From Chiloscyllium plagiosum (lineage: Eukaryota): DNA of 64,000 nt. The position numbers and the translations under genes are program-made. Positions 24,465-37,492 of this stretch are shown one piece after another; position 1 is the first letter of the stretch; each line of letters opens with the position of its first letter. The notes beneath the pieces are model-generated. The model searched no databases and was not told the origin of the DNA. It saw nothing but the letters and a program-made list of their open reading frames with translations. The stretch spans positions 40,343,323-40,407,322 of the forward strand of contig NC_057719.1 of NCBI RefSeq assembly GCF_004010195.1, written 5' to 3'.

Positions 24465-25260
24465 ACAACCAGAATTGTACACAATGTTCTAAAGTGGCTT
24501 TACCAATGTCTTGTACAGTCACAAAATGACCTCCCCACTCCTGTACTCAGTGGTCTGATCAATGAAGGCAAGCATGCCAAATGCCTCCTTCACCTCCCTG
24601 TCCACCCGCGATGCCATTTTCAATTAAGTATGAATCTGCACCCCTAAGTCTCTCTGTTCAGCAGCACTCCTCAGGGCCCCACTATTAACTGTATGTATTC
24701 TGCTCTGGTTTGCCTTACTGACACCTTGCATTTATCTAAATTAAACTCCTCCTGGCGTTTCTCGGCTCATTGGCCCATCTGATCAAGATTTCGTTGTACA
24801 CCGAAATAACCACCTTCATAGTCCACCATATCACCTATTTTGGTATCCTCTGCAACCATATGTCCTATATTGTCATCCAAATCATTGATATTAATAATGA
24901 ACAATAGTGGACCCAGAGCCAAATCCCTGTGTGCACTGCTGTTGACAGACCTTCAGTCTGTGAATAGCAACCTTCTACCATCAAGCCAATTTTGTATCCA
25001 ATTGGCAATCTCTCCCTGGATGTCATGTGATCTAATCTTGCTAACCAGTCTACCATGCAGGACCTCGTCAAAAGCTTTACTAAAGTCTATGTAGATAATG
25101 TCTACCACTCTACCCTTATCCATCTGCGTGGTAACCTCTTCAAACAACTGAATCAAATTTGTGAAACACGATTTCCCACACTCTAAGCCATGCTGATGAT
25201 CCTTAATCAGTTCTTGCCTTTACAAATGCATGTGATTCTTATTTCTCAGAATGTCCCACA
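24465..25260 (-). mobile_element. CR1 LINE RT fragment, degenerate
   Basis: VDIIYIDFSKAFDEVLHGRLVSKIRSH. Confidence 0.9.
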
Positions 25261-27165
25261 ACAGCTTAACCATTCTGCAAGTGTTGGAAATCAAATTAAA
25301 AGATAAAATATTGGAGAAACCTGAGCAAGTCTTACAGCATCTGTGGAGAGAGAAACAATTAGCATTTCATTTCCTGAAACCTTTGGAATTGAAGGAAGCT
25401 GGAAAGTCATGGCTTTTGGACTGTAAATAGAGGGGGAGGCAGAGAAAGTGGAACAAATTGCTCAGTCAACCATGGCGTTCATAATGGTGGTAAAGGAGAG
25501 TTCGATGTATAAAGTAGAAATAAATGTTAACTGTGAAGAGATAATTGGTGCGCTCTGCTGAGAGCAAAGTGAACAAAACGCAAACAAGACATGGTCAGGG
25601 AGGACACTGGATGGACGTATTGGAATTCTGAGGTCACACTTCTAAGTTGTGAAGTTCAATATTTTGTCTTTGAGGTTTAAGGTGCCCAAATAGAAAGACC
25701 GATGTTTCTATTGTTGGCCTTTGTTGGACACCTGTGGGCCATGGATGGAAATGTTAGCAGAAAGTATATTATGAATTGGATTTATTTTGAACCACAAACT
25801 TGCAGTTTTATGGTTATAATTGTTGAGGCTTCTTCTTTGAAATTTCAAAGCTTGGGCATCTCAGTACATGAATCGCAGATTAGTTTTGTTGCAGCTGTGC
25901 TCTGAGGACGATGTTGATAATCAAGCTTATTATTCAAATAAATGTTTTGATTCAATCATCAAATTGGCCAATTGATTCCCTTTTGCCCTATTTGAATAAA
26001 AGAGACTTTCACCAAGGTTCTTTAATGAATTATAAGTAATCTTTATTATATCACAAAACCTTCTCTTAAAACTGGTGGTAAATTCTGGTTAACATTTAAT
26101 TGGAATTGAGTTAAGACTTGTTATTCCTGAACACAACATACAAGACAACAGTCTTTGGAGAATTTTTTTCAGGTTAGGGAAAAACGCCCCTTTTGAATAA
26201 GCATGGAATATAATGACTTAGGCTGATGGCACTAAAGACTTTCGAAAGACTTGGATCAATATCTTCCACTCAGTTTTTAAGGGTTTATAAAGGTGTTAGG
26301 AATGCTAATAATTGGAAACTTCAGCACATTTCCTGAAACCTTTGCTGTGAAAGGCAAAGAGATGCAGCTCCTGATGTTCATTCTTTTCTGACCACTTGAA
26401 TCTGCAAACTGGAAAGCTAAGTCCAAGAGAAGCTACTGGGCAGCTATTAGCCTGGAGGTACCCGGGGTCTTTCAAAGGCAACTTTTCAAGCAATTGAATA
26501 TGATAATCCCCATCTCTTATCTCCCTAAAATGTTGCATGGCTTTACTCCAGAGTTCATAAACTTTTCTGTAATCACCGTGATCTTACTAAATGATGGAGC
26601 AGGTTAAGGGGACCAATTGGCCTCCTCATGCACAAAATGTATATGAACTGTCTTGAAATTTAATGGACACGGTTAAGCATCTACGCCGTATTCAATTTGA
26701 ACAATCAAAGTATATGTCCAAACAAAACACAGTAATATAAATAAATAATTGTCTGGTCCTGTTGGTTTCACCACATATCAAAAGCAAGAGACCTGAAAAT
26801 TGGTAGACATTAGTGTTGGGCGATTTTTAAGGTTAGCTGCTGGCAATGTCGACAGACATCATTGTTAGGGTTCCAGTTTTGCAAGCAGTGGTCCTGTGCT
26901 AAATTGTGCTAAGTATATTTTATGATGAAATGAAGGATGAATTGTTTCCAGTCCTCTACTGTTGCTATTTTGAGTTGCTGATGAAATGGAAATTTCTATG
27001 AATTATTATCAGTTAATGTTTTGAGGTATATGGCTGTGACCATGAGATTGTCTTCTTGGACAGGGTTTTGAGATGCCTAATCTCTGATTCCCTCCCAAAG
27101 TGGTAAGATGAAAGTTTGGGATAGGCTCTAGAAAAGATTTACATTTACATTTACTGCATAATTAT

Positions 27166-27480
27166 GCTACCAGCACAGTGGTTAGTTAGCACTGCTACCT
27201 CACAGCACCAGGGATCCGGGTTTGATTCCAGCTTTGTCTCTGTGAAGTTCTCATTGTATACATGTTGGCTTCTACTGTTTGTTCTGGTTTTCTCCAGTGG
27301 TCTAAAGATGTGCAGATTCGGTGGATTGGTCATGTTAAATTGCTCTGCAGTGTCCAGAGATGTACAGAATAGGTTGATTTGCCATGGTAAATGTGGGGAT
27401 TGCCTGGGCAAAATGCTGTTTGAGGGTCAGTGTAAACCTGATGGGCTGAATGACCTCTATTTGCACTGTAGGGATTCTAA
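27166..27480 (+). mobile_element. Old HE1/V-type SINE
   Basis: gcacagtggttag...ttagcactgctacctcacagcaccaggga..cgggtttgattcc. Confidence 0.8.
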
Positions 27481-27495
27481 AAATCCATGATTCTG

Positions 27496-27790
27496 TTACT
27501 TGCTATCTATGTTATTGGAAGAGTAGCATTGTGGAAGGTTCCGAATCTTTTCCACTACAGTTGGTTGGATATTATGTTGACTTTTGTCTACATAACTTGA
27601 AATAGTTGGAATTTCTTCTTTATATTCGTACACAGTTTTGTTCTTTGTTGCATATGTTTTCGTCCATTGTTGTTTGACGCTTTGCTGCTCACTCTCTTCA
27701 GCGTTGTTGATGGAGTCTTGCAGAGCTTGCTTCAAAGTATTGATTAGTTTCTGAGGTACAAGTTCAGTACGAACTGATACTTCTTGACAT
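27496..27790 (-). CDS. RD3L: RD3-like protein, last coding exon, nested antisense in TDRD9 intron 1
   Basis: Acceptor ttttatacag|A (phase 2), open to TAA: CQEVSVRTELVPQKLINTLKQALQD...KEEIPTISSYVDK...KIRNLP. Matches recalled human RD3L [25 protein letters not shown]...KDEIPTISSYVDK...RIWNLP. Human RD3L has the same nested position. Confidence 0.85.
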
Positions 27791-27949
27791 CTGTATAAAA
27801 GATCATTTCCATAGTTAAAGTACTAACATTGCTGTCTTTATATTGGTGTGTGTATTTATAAACAAAACATTTTTTCCATTGCTACATCTTATGGTCATAT
27901 GTCCATAAATTAAATCATTGGAAGCATTTGCTTGGATGGAAATTTTTTA

Positions 27950-29220
27950 TAGAGTCATAGATTTGATTAAAGAGAGAGAGAGATAGATGGATAGAGTCGT
28001 ACAGCCCGGAAACAGACACTTCGGTCCAACTTGTCCATGCTGAGCAGATATCCCAACCCAATCTAGTCCCACCTCCCAGCACGTGGCCCATGTCCCTCCA
28101 AACCCTTCCTATTCACGTACCCATCCAGCTGCCTTTTAAATGTTGCAATTGTATCAGCCTCCACCACTTCGTCTGGCAGCTCATTCCATACAGGCACCAC
28201 CCTCTGCATGAAAAAATTGCCCTTTAGGTCTCTTCTCACCCTAAACCTATGCGTCTCGTTCTGGACTTCCCCCATCCCAGGGAAGCCTCCGATGCTCCAG
28301 GGAAAATAGCCCTCGTCTATTCAGCCTCTCCGTATAGCTCAAACCCTCAATTATTGCCACAACCTTGTAAATCTTTTCTGAACCCTTTCAAGCTTCACAA
28401 CATCTTTCCGAAAGCAGGGAGACCAGAATTGAATGCAATATTCCAATAGTGCCTAACCAATGCCCTGTACAGCTGCATCATGGCCTCCCAACTCCTATAC
28501 TCAGTGCATTGACTCATAAAGGAAAACATACCAAACACCACCTTCACTATGCTATCTACCTGAGACTCCACTTTCAAGAAACTATGGACCTGCACTCCAA
28601 GGTCTTTTTGTTCAGCAACACTCCCCATTAAGTGTATAAATCCTGCTCCGATTTGCTTTCCCAAAATTCAGCACCTTGCATTTGTCTAAATTAAACTCCA
28701 TCTGCCCCTTCATTGGCCCATCTGATCAAGATCCCGTTGTAATCTGAGGTAACCTTCGCTGTCCACAATGCCTCCAATTTTGGTGTCATCTGCAAACTTA
28801 CTAGCTATACCTCCTATGTTCACGCCCAAAACATTTTTTACAAATGAAAAGAAGTAGAGGACCCAGCACCGATCCTTGTGGCGCTCCACTGGTCACAGGC
28901 CTCCAGTCTGAAAAACAACCCTTCACCTCCATCCTCTGTCTTCGACCTCTGAGCCAATTCTGTATCCAAATGTTCTGTTCTCCCTATATTCCATGAGATC
29001 TAACCTTGCTAACCAGTCTACCATGAGGAATCTTGTTGAATGTCTTAGTGATGTCCATAGAAATCATGTCCACTGCTCTGCCCTCATCAATCCTCTTTGT
29101 TACTTCAGAAAACTCAGTCAAGTTAGTGAGAGATTTTGCATGCACAAATCCATGTTGATTATCCCTGGTCAGTCCTTATCTTTTCAAATACATATAAATC
29201 CTGTCCCTCAGGATTCCCTC
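27950..29220 (-). mobile_element. CR1 LINE ORF2 3' half, degenerate
   Basis: RT and C-terminal motifs (VAEQKDLGVQVH; WNELPDEVVEA) and 3' UTR. Confidence 0.9.
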
Positions 29221-29696
29221 TCCAGTTCACCAGTCTAATGAATTCTCGCTTCCCAATTCCAAGTTGCTTTTGACTCTGAGATTGAAAATTAGAGGTGGTC
29301 TTGATTAAACTTTAGAACTGTGAACAGACCACACTTTAAAACGTGCAGTTTTGGTGACTCAAACATTGTAAACAGTTAATTGATTTGATTTATCACAGTC
29401 ATGTACTGAGGTACAGTGAAACGTATCTTGCATGTTTTACAGGTGAGTGTACTCTACAATTGCTTGAGGCCATGTGAGGAAGATAATGAGGCTGACCGTT
29501 CTGTCAGGGCTGTTAATTAAGACATCAGTTTAACAAATTTAGCAAATGTCAGTTTTCAAGTAGCTATTGTCAGGTGGTCTTATTTAGCTATGTACCAGTG
29601 GTATGGAAAAGATACATAGGAACAGGCATAGGCTATTCAGAATGCTAAGTCTGCCCTGCTATTCAATCTGATCGAAACCTTGAACATCTTTTAGAT

Positions 29697-30000
29697 ATAG
29701 AACATAGAACATTACAGTGCAGTACAGATTCTTCAGCCCTTGATGTTGTGCCAACTTGTGGAACCAATCTGAAGTCCACCTAACCTACACTATTTCATTT
29801 TCATCCATATGTTTATCATAAGACAATTTAAATGCCCTAAAAGTTGGTCAGTCTACAATTGTTGCATGCAATGCTTTCCACGCCCCTACTCCTCTGTAAA
29901 GAAATTACCTCTGACATTAGTCCTAAATCTATCACCCCTCAATAAAAAGCCATGCCCCCTCGTGCTAGCCATCTCCATCCGAGGAAAAATGATCCCATCC
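29697..30000 (-). mobile_element. CR1 LINE 3' end fragment
   Basis: (atagaac)n terminus; similar to 60160-60480. Confidence 0.75.
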
Positions 30001-30353
30001 CCACATTCTTGTACAATATTAGTAATCAGATCTATTAATCTCTACCTTAACATTATCAAAGATTGAACTTCCACACTCCACTGAGGTAGAGAATTCCAAA
30101 GGTTCACAACCCTCTGAATAAAATTTCTCCTGTTGGACTGTCATTTTAAAATTATACCTCCCGGTTTTAGACTCCCGACCAGAGGAAGTATTTGTGTCTA
30201 TCCACCCTTTCTGTCCCTTTTAAAGTATTTTGTAGGTTTCAATGAGATCACCTCCCATTCTTTGAAACGAGAGAATACAAACCCAGTTTGCCCAAGCTCT
30301 TCATAGTACTGTTCTGCCATCTTAGGAACAAATCTGATGAACGGTTGTTGCAC

Positions 30354-33300
30354 TCATAGACTCACAGAGATGTACAGCACAGAAACAGACCCTTCAGTCC
30401 AACCTGTCTATGCCGACCAGATATCCTAATCCAATCTAGTCCCACCTGCCAGCATCTGGCCCATATCCCTCCAAACCCTTCCTATTCATATACCCATTCA
30501 AATGCCTCTTAAATGTTGCATTGTACCAGCCTCCACCACATCCTCTGGCAGCTCATTACATACAAGTACCACCCTCTGCGTGAAAAAGTTGCCCCTTAGG
30601 TCTCTTTTATATCTTTCCCTTCTCACCTTAAACCTATGCCCTCTAGTGCTGGACTCCCCGACCCCAGGGAAAAGACTTTGTCTATTTATCCTATCCATGC
30701 CCCTCATAATTTTGTAAACCTCTATAAGGTCACCCCTCAGCCTCCGATGCTCCAGGAAAACAGCCCCAGCCTGTTCAGCCTCTCCCTGTAGCTCAGATCC
30801 TCCAACCCTGGCAACATCCTTGTAAATCTTTTCTGAACCCTTTCAAGTTTCACAACATCTTTCCGATAGGAAGGAGACCAGAATTGCATCCAATATTCCA
30901 ACAGTGTCCTGTGCAGCCGCAACATGACCTCCCAATTCCTGTACTCCATACTCTGACCAATACAGGAAAGCATACCAAACGCTTTCTTCACTATCCTATA
31001 TACCTGTGACTCCACTTTCAAGGAGCTATGAATCTGCATTCCAAGGTCTCTTTGTTCAGCAACACGGCCTAGGACCTTACCATTAAATGTATAAGTCCTG
31101 CTAAGTTTTGCTTTCCCAAAATGCAGCATCTCGCATTTACCTGAATTAAACTCCATCTGCCACTTAGCCCACTGGCCCATCTGGTTCAGATCCTGTTGTA
31201 ATCCGAGGTAACCCTCTTCGCTGTCCACTACATCTCCCATTTTGGCGTAATCTGCAAACTTACTAACTATACCTCTTATGCTCGCATCCAAACCATTTAT
31301 GTAAATGACAAAAAGTAAAGGGACCCAGCACCGATTCTTGTGGCACTCCACTGGTCACAGGCCTCCAGTCTGAAAAACAACCCTCCATCACCACCCTCTG
31401 TCTTTACCTTTGAGCCAGTTCTGTATCCAAATGGCTAGTTCTCCCTGTATTCTGTGAGATCTAACCTTGCTTATCAGTCTCCCATGGGGAACTTTGTCGA
31501 ATGCCTTACTGAAGTCCATATAGATCACATCTACTGCTCTGCCCTCATCAATCTTCTTTATTACTTCTTCAAAAAACTCAATCAAGTTTGTGAGACATGA
31601 TTTCCCACGCACAAAGCTGTGTTGACTATCCCGAATCAGTCCTTGCCTTTCCAAATACAAGTCCATCCTGTCCCTCAGGATTCTCTCCAACGACTTGCCC
31701 ACCACCAAGGTCAGGCTCACTGGTCTATAGTTCCCTGGCTTGTCTTTACCGCCCTTCTTAAACACTGGTACCACGTTTGCCAACCTCCAGTCTTCCGGCA
31801 CCTCACCTGTGACTATCGACAAATATCTCAGCAGAAGGCCCAGCAATCACTTCTCTAGCTTCCCACAGAGTTCTCGGGTACACCTGATCAGGTCGTCGGG
31901 ATTTATCTACCTTTAACCGTTTCAAGACATCCAGCACTTCCTCTTCTGTAATCTGGACATTTTGCAAGATGTCACCATCTATTTCCCTACAGTCTATATC
32001 TTCCATATCCTTTTCCACAGTACATGCTGATGCAAAATACTCATTTAGTATCTCCCCCATTTTCTGTGGCTCCACACAAAGGCCGGCTTGCTGATCTTTG
32101 AGGGGCCCTATTCTCTCCCTAGTTACCCTTTTGACCTTAATGTATTTGTAAAAACCCTTTGGATTCTCCTTAATTCTATTTGCCAAAGTTATCTCATGTC
32201 CCCTTTTTGCCCTACTGATTTCCCTCTTAGGTATACTCCTACTTTCTTTATACTCTTCCAAGGATTCACTCGACCTATCCTGTCTATACCTGATATATGC
32301 TTCCTTCTTTTTCTTAACCAAACCCTCAATTTCTTTAGTCANNNNNNNNNNNNNNNNNNNNNNNNNNNNNNNNNNNNNNNNNNNNNNNNNNNNNNNNNNN
32401 NNNNNNNNNNNNNNNNNNNNNNNNNNNNNNNNNNNNNNNNNNNNNNNNNNNNNNNNNNNNNNNNNNNNNNNNNNNNNNNNNNNNNNNNNNNNNNNNNNNN
32501 NNNNNNNNNNNNNNNNNNNNNNNNNNNNNNNNNNNNNNNNNNNNNNNNNNNNNNNNNNNNNNNNNNNNNNNNNNNNNNNNNNNNNNNNNNNNNNNNNNNN
32601 NNNNNNNNNNNNNNNNNNNNNNNNNNNNNNNNNNNNNNNNNNNNNNNNNNNNNNNNNNNNNNNNNNNNNNNNNNNNNNNNNNNNNNNNNNNNNNNNNNNN
32701 NNNNNNNNNNNNNNNNNNNNNNNNNNNNNNNNNNNNNNNNNNNNNNNNNNNNNNNNNNNNNNNNNNNNNNNNNNNNNNNNNNNNNNNNNNNNNNNNNNNN
32801 NNNNNNNNNNNNNNNNNNNNNNNNNNNNNNNNNNNNNNNNNNNNNNNNNNNNNNNNNNNNNNNNNNNNNNNNNNNNNNNNNNNNNNNNNNNNNNNNNNNN
32901 NNNNNNNNNNNNNNNNNNNNNNNNNNNNNNNNNNNNNNNNNNNNNNNNNNNNNNNNNNNNNNNNNNNNNNCATTCTAGCAAATTTCCCTGCCAGTATATT
33001 AGTTCCCTTCCAATTTAGGTGCAATCTGTCCTTCTTATACAGGTCAATTCTACCCCAAAAGAGATTCCAATGATCCAAAATATGAATCCTTCTCCCATAC
33101 ACCAGCTCCTCAGCCATGCATTCATCTGCTCTATCCTCCTATTCCTGCCCTCACTAGCTCATAGCACTGGTAGTAATCCAGATATTACCACCCTTGTAGA
33201 CCTTTTTAAATTTCTGCCTAACTCTCTGTAATGTCCCTTCAGACTTTCAACCTTTTCCCTTCCTATGTCATTGGGTCCAATGTGGACAATGACCTCCTGC

Positions 33301-33990
33301 TGGCCCCTCTCCCCTGTGAGAACATTCTGCACCCTCTCTGAGACATCCTTGATCCTGGCACCAGGGAAACAACACACCATTCTGCTGGTCACAGAAATGT
33401 CTGTCTGTACCTCTGACTACAGAATCCCCAAACACAATTGATCTCTTGGAAGTCAAAATACCCCTCTTTGCATTAAAGCCAGTCTCAATACCAGAAACTT
33501 GGCTGTTCGTGCTACGTTCCCCTGAGAACCCATCACCCCCTACATTTTCCAAAACAGCATACCTGTTTGAAATGGGTACATCCACAAAAGACTCCTGCCC
33601 TAGGTGCTGACCTCTCTCACCCTTTCTGGAGTTAACCCATCTATGTGACTGTATCTGAGACTTTCCCCCCTTCCTATAACTGCCATCCATCACATCCTGT
33701 TGCTGTTGTTAATTCCTCATCGCTTCTGTCTGTGTCTCCAACCGATCCACTCGATCTGATAAGATTCGCATCCAACAGCATTTATGGCAGATATAATCCG
33801 CAGTAGCCCTTAAACTCTCTTTAAACTCCCACATCTGACAAGTATATATCACTGCAAAGGCCATTTTTGCTCCTTCACAATCTACAGACTCAGAAAGTAA
33901 CACCATCTTATTCCTTTACAAACACTGCCCCAGGTTTAATTAATAGTTATGGCTTATATTTTAAGCTTAATCAAGAGACTTGTCTCCAAA
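30354..33990 (-). mobile_element. Near full-length CR1 LINE (ORF1 with zinc finger and SGNH esterase; ORF2 RT), frameshifted and gapped
   Basis: CQMWE...YICHKC; IVFGDSVVRG...CFPGA...VHIGPND; PGNYRPVSLT...YMDFSKAFDKVPH; KFADY. Confidence 0.93.
32342..32970. other. Assembly gap
   Basis: Run of N. Confidence 1.
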
Positions 33991-34142
33991 AACAGTAGTT
34001 TCTTTCTTGAGCTAACTAAATCAAGATTTGCAGATTTTCTTCAGGAAGGGCCTAACCAAGCTCTGATACAATGGAACAAGGCTGCATCACTACTGCACTC
34101 ATTTCCTCTTGCAAAAAACATTAACATTCCATTAGCTTTCTT

Positions 34143-34480
34143 AATAGAATAGAATCCCTATAGTGTGGAAACAGGCCCTTTGGCCCAGTCAGTCCACACC
34201 GACCCTCTGCAGAGTATTACACTTAAATCCAATCTCCTATTACTCTACATTTGCCCCTAACTAACACATCCCCGAACACTATGGGCAACATAGCATGGCT
34301 AATTCACCTAACCTGCACATCTTTGGATTGTGGGAGAAAACTGGAGCACCTGGAGGAAACCCACGCAGACATGGGGAGAATGTGTAAACTCCACACAGAC
34401 AGTCACCCGAGGCTGGAATTGAACCCAGGTGTCTGGCGCTGTGAGGCAGCAGTGCTAACCACTGAGTCACTGTACTGCCC
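34143..34480 (-). mobile_element. HE1/V-type SINE
   Basis: Similar to 13735-14046, with an (AGAAT)n tail. Confidence 0.9.
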
Positions 34481-35825
34481 TCTTGCTTGCTGCACCTCAA
34501 TATGAGCCTTCAGTAATGTATCAACAAAGACATCTAGTTTCCTTTGTGCATCTACACTTTATAACTTCTTATTTAAGAAATATTTTTCACATTTGTTTCT
34601 GCTTCTAATGTGGATACCCTCTCAATTTTTCACATTGTGTTCCACCTATCATGTTCTCGATCATTTACCAAGCCTGTCCAAATCCTTCTGAAGCCGCTTA
34701 TCATTGGTCACAGCCTGCTACTCTGAGAAAGATCTGTTTAATCGACTGGGTTTTTAGTCTGTAGCTAATCATTGATCCATGTCAGTACATTACCTCCTAT
34801 CCCATGTCTTTAAACTTTCTCTCCAGCCTTTTGTGGAACACTTTATCAAAAGCCTTCTTAAAATTGAAGTATACTTAATTCCATTGGCTCTGCTTTATCA
34901 ATTTTGTTGGTAATGGAAAAATTAGAATAAAATTATGAGGATAGGACAGCAAGGCCACAGATTTGAGGTAGTGAGATGTGCAAATCTAGAATTGTTTGCA
35001 TGGATAGTAAATTGAAGAACTTCGTAGTAGAGGTAAAAATGCAAATGAATGCTGCAAATGGGACACATTGAAAGGACATTTTTGAATAATTATGTTGTGA
35101 TGGGCTTTTATTTCCAACGTTATTTTGTTATCTTCATGCACAACAAATTAGTCCAGTAAAGTGTAAAAACTATGAATGATTAACTACCATGAGTGTTTTT
35201 CATTAGCTCACTCGGAGATATATCAGCTTGCCTTTTAACTCCTGTTTCATGGCTCATTGCATTGCTGCTTTTTGCATCCAATGTACAATAGAAATGATGA
35301 GGAACGTTTGCCTTTATTTTCAAATAAAGTACTAGATATATTTATTGCAGTTCAACTTTTAAGCCCATTTTTTTCCTTTGATATCGCAATTATATTTTCT
35401 AAAACTATGACCAAAATGTAGTTTAAGTTTCAAACTTATGAATGCAGACAGAACACAACGAGGAACAGGAGTAGGAAATTTGGCTGGTTGAACCTTTTTA
35501 TCTACCATTCAGTATGATCATGGCTCTATCTCAATGCAATATTTCTCACTTTATCTCCACACCCTTGATGGCTTTAATATAGCAAATGCTAGAGATAATT
35601 CTGTCTTTCCTGGGCTAGACCATTTTGAAAACTAAGATCATCATGAACAGTAATGATAAAAAGCTCTAGATTTCATCGCAAATGTTTTATTGCTGTGTTA
35701 GTGTGCTTGACTGACTTTTCATTGCACTTCTGAGTGCTGCACCATTTGAGATGCTTCATTGCTTGCACATCCAAGATACATTGACATTATTTTGAAGGAG
35801 AGCAGAGAAGTTCTCCCTAGTGAGA

Positions 35826-36363
35826 TGTTAAAGGGTTAATTTGTTCTGCTGACCTGTCAGAAATTGGATGTCCTGGGGTAGAGAGTAGTATGTCTTGCAG
35901 GCAGAATGTAAACATTAAGATTGCTATCACCTGCAGTACAGAACCAATGTGCATAGCCATCTCCTGCAGTTAAGAAACAATTTAAATAAACATCTCCTAC
36001 AGTTAAGAAATAATGAGAACACTGCATTTAAGAATCTAACCACATGCTGCAGTTAAGCAACAATGTAAATCAGATCCTGCAGTTATGGAATGTTCAAATC
36101 CCTACATTGTCTTGAGTGGCATATGACTTTGGGGGAGTAGCAGGGTGTGTATTGTGGGCATTCTGATGGTGATGTAAAATTCTGCAAAAAGGGAGGACTG
36201 TTCCCTTGTTCAGGGAGAGCTTTGCTTGACATGCTTCGCAAGTATTGTGAAGTGTTAAGTGATCCTCCAAAAGCTTGTACTTAATAAATTTTGGCTGTTC
36301 ACAGAAGTTGGCATTTTGCAGTTGCATCAAGTGTGTAAGAATCTCAAGGAAAAGAACCTAACA
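35826..36363 (+). mobile_element. Probable solo LTR with internal tandem motif
   Basis: TGTTA...TAACA termini, AATAAA at ~36283, about six copies of CTGCAGTTAAG-like units at 35930-36090. No clean TSD seen. Confidence 0.5.
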
Positions 36364-37492
36364 CCAGTGTCCATACTAATGATTAACCTCACTATAAGAA
36401 AATATCAGATCATCCCATTTGTTTGGGAGATGCTGTAGCTACTTATTAGATTGCAGAGCAGAATTCAGTTGTACGTCATTTGTTGTACAATGCTTTGGAA
36501 TGTCCTGAAATTAGCAAAGATATTTTATCGATACTCATCTGTGTTTTGCATTACCAGATAGGAGAGCAGCATTACTAGAAGCTGAAGCATATTTTACCTG
36601 CTTGAATTCTGATGGCAGTTCAAAGCAGGACCGAAAGCGGATATCTGACGGTAGGATGTTGGAAGTGAGGAAATTAAAGCAATCCTGTTATGAATGGGTG
36701 CATCCTAGTTTATTGAATTCTGGTTTGCTACATTGTGTAACTGGACAAATCCCATTTTCATTAGGAATCAACTCACTTTGAAAGCTTTGACATGACAGGG
36801 TTGGATGTATGAACACAGAAATTTCAAATATATCTGATCGTCAGGTTGAATGCCATGTTCCTTACTCAGGTAGGTGGCAGATTTCTGAATTTTCTGTTGA
36901 TCATTGGATAAGTTTGCCAGCTTTTGGGATTCTTTCGAGTTTCAGTTACATATTTTGCTGTAGAGTTTTGAATGGATCTGTGAGAATTGTCTTGCTCACA
37001 TATATTCAAAAAAAAAGCTAATCGTGTAATTCAAATTAATGAGGACAAATATTTCAGAATTTTGAAAGTCGTGTCATTATGTGACTGTTTCATACAAAAA
37101 AATAAAATGACAGAGTAATTCCATTTGCTTAGTATTTAGACCTGAATGTTTTGGTTGGATTGAAAAGACAAATTTAGCTGTACCTTAGTAAGTCAAAGAG
37201 AAAGCACAATGCTATGTGTAGAAAACAATTGCTGAAAGTTAATTTCTAAAATGTCATTTGTATTTCAAGGAGACAGGTGACATTTTCTCAGGTTCTGATT
37301 AATTCCAAGATTAGTCAGCATTAACAAGAAATGAGGAATACAGCTGACTTGGCATAACGTTGAATTAATATGTTCCAGCTTTTTTGCATCTCTTTAGTCA
37401 GCATTGTGCATTCAGCTCGAGTTAGGCAACATTAAACAATCTGCTTTCAACCATTTGGTCTTGTTCTCTTGTTCTGGAAGACGTTCTTGAAA

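Noticed and set aside
35930..36090. Regularly spaced short repeats superficially like a CRISPR array
   Set aside because: Eukaryotic context, degenerate ~11-bp units, related spacers, located inside an LTR-like element.
37300..37492. Minus-strand QERLPEQENK...KKLEHINS resembling RD3L exon 1, next to a CR1 insertion
   Set aside because: Needs frameshifts, lacks GVDY.WL and has no suitable donor.
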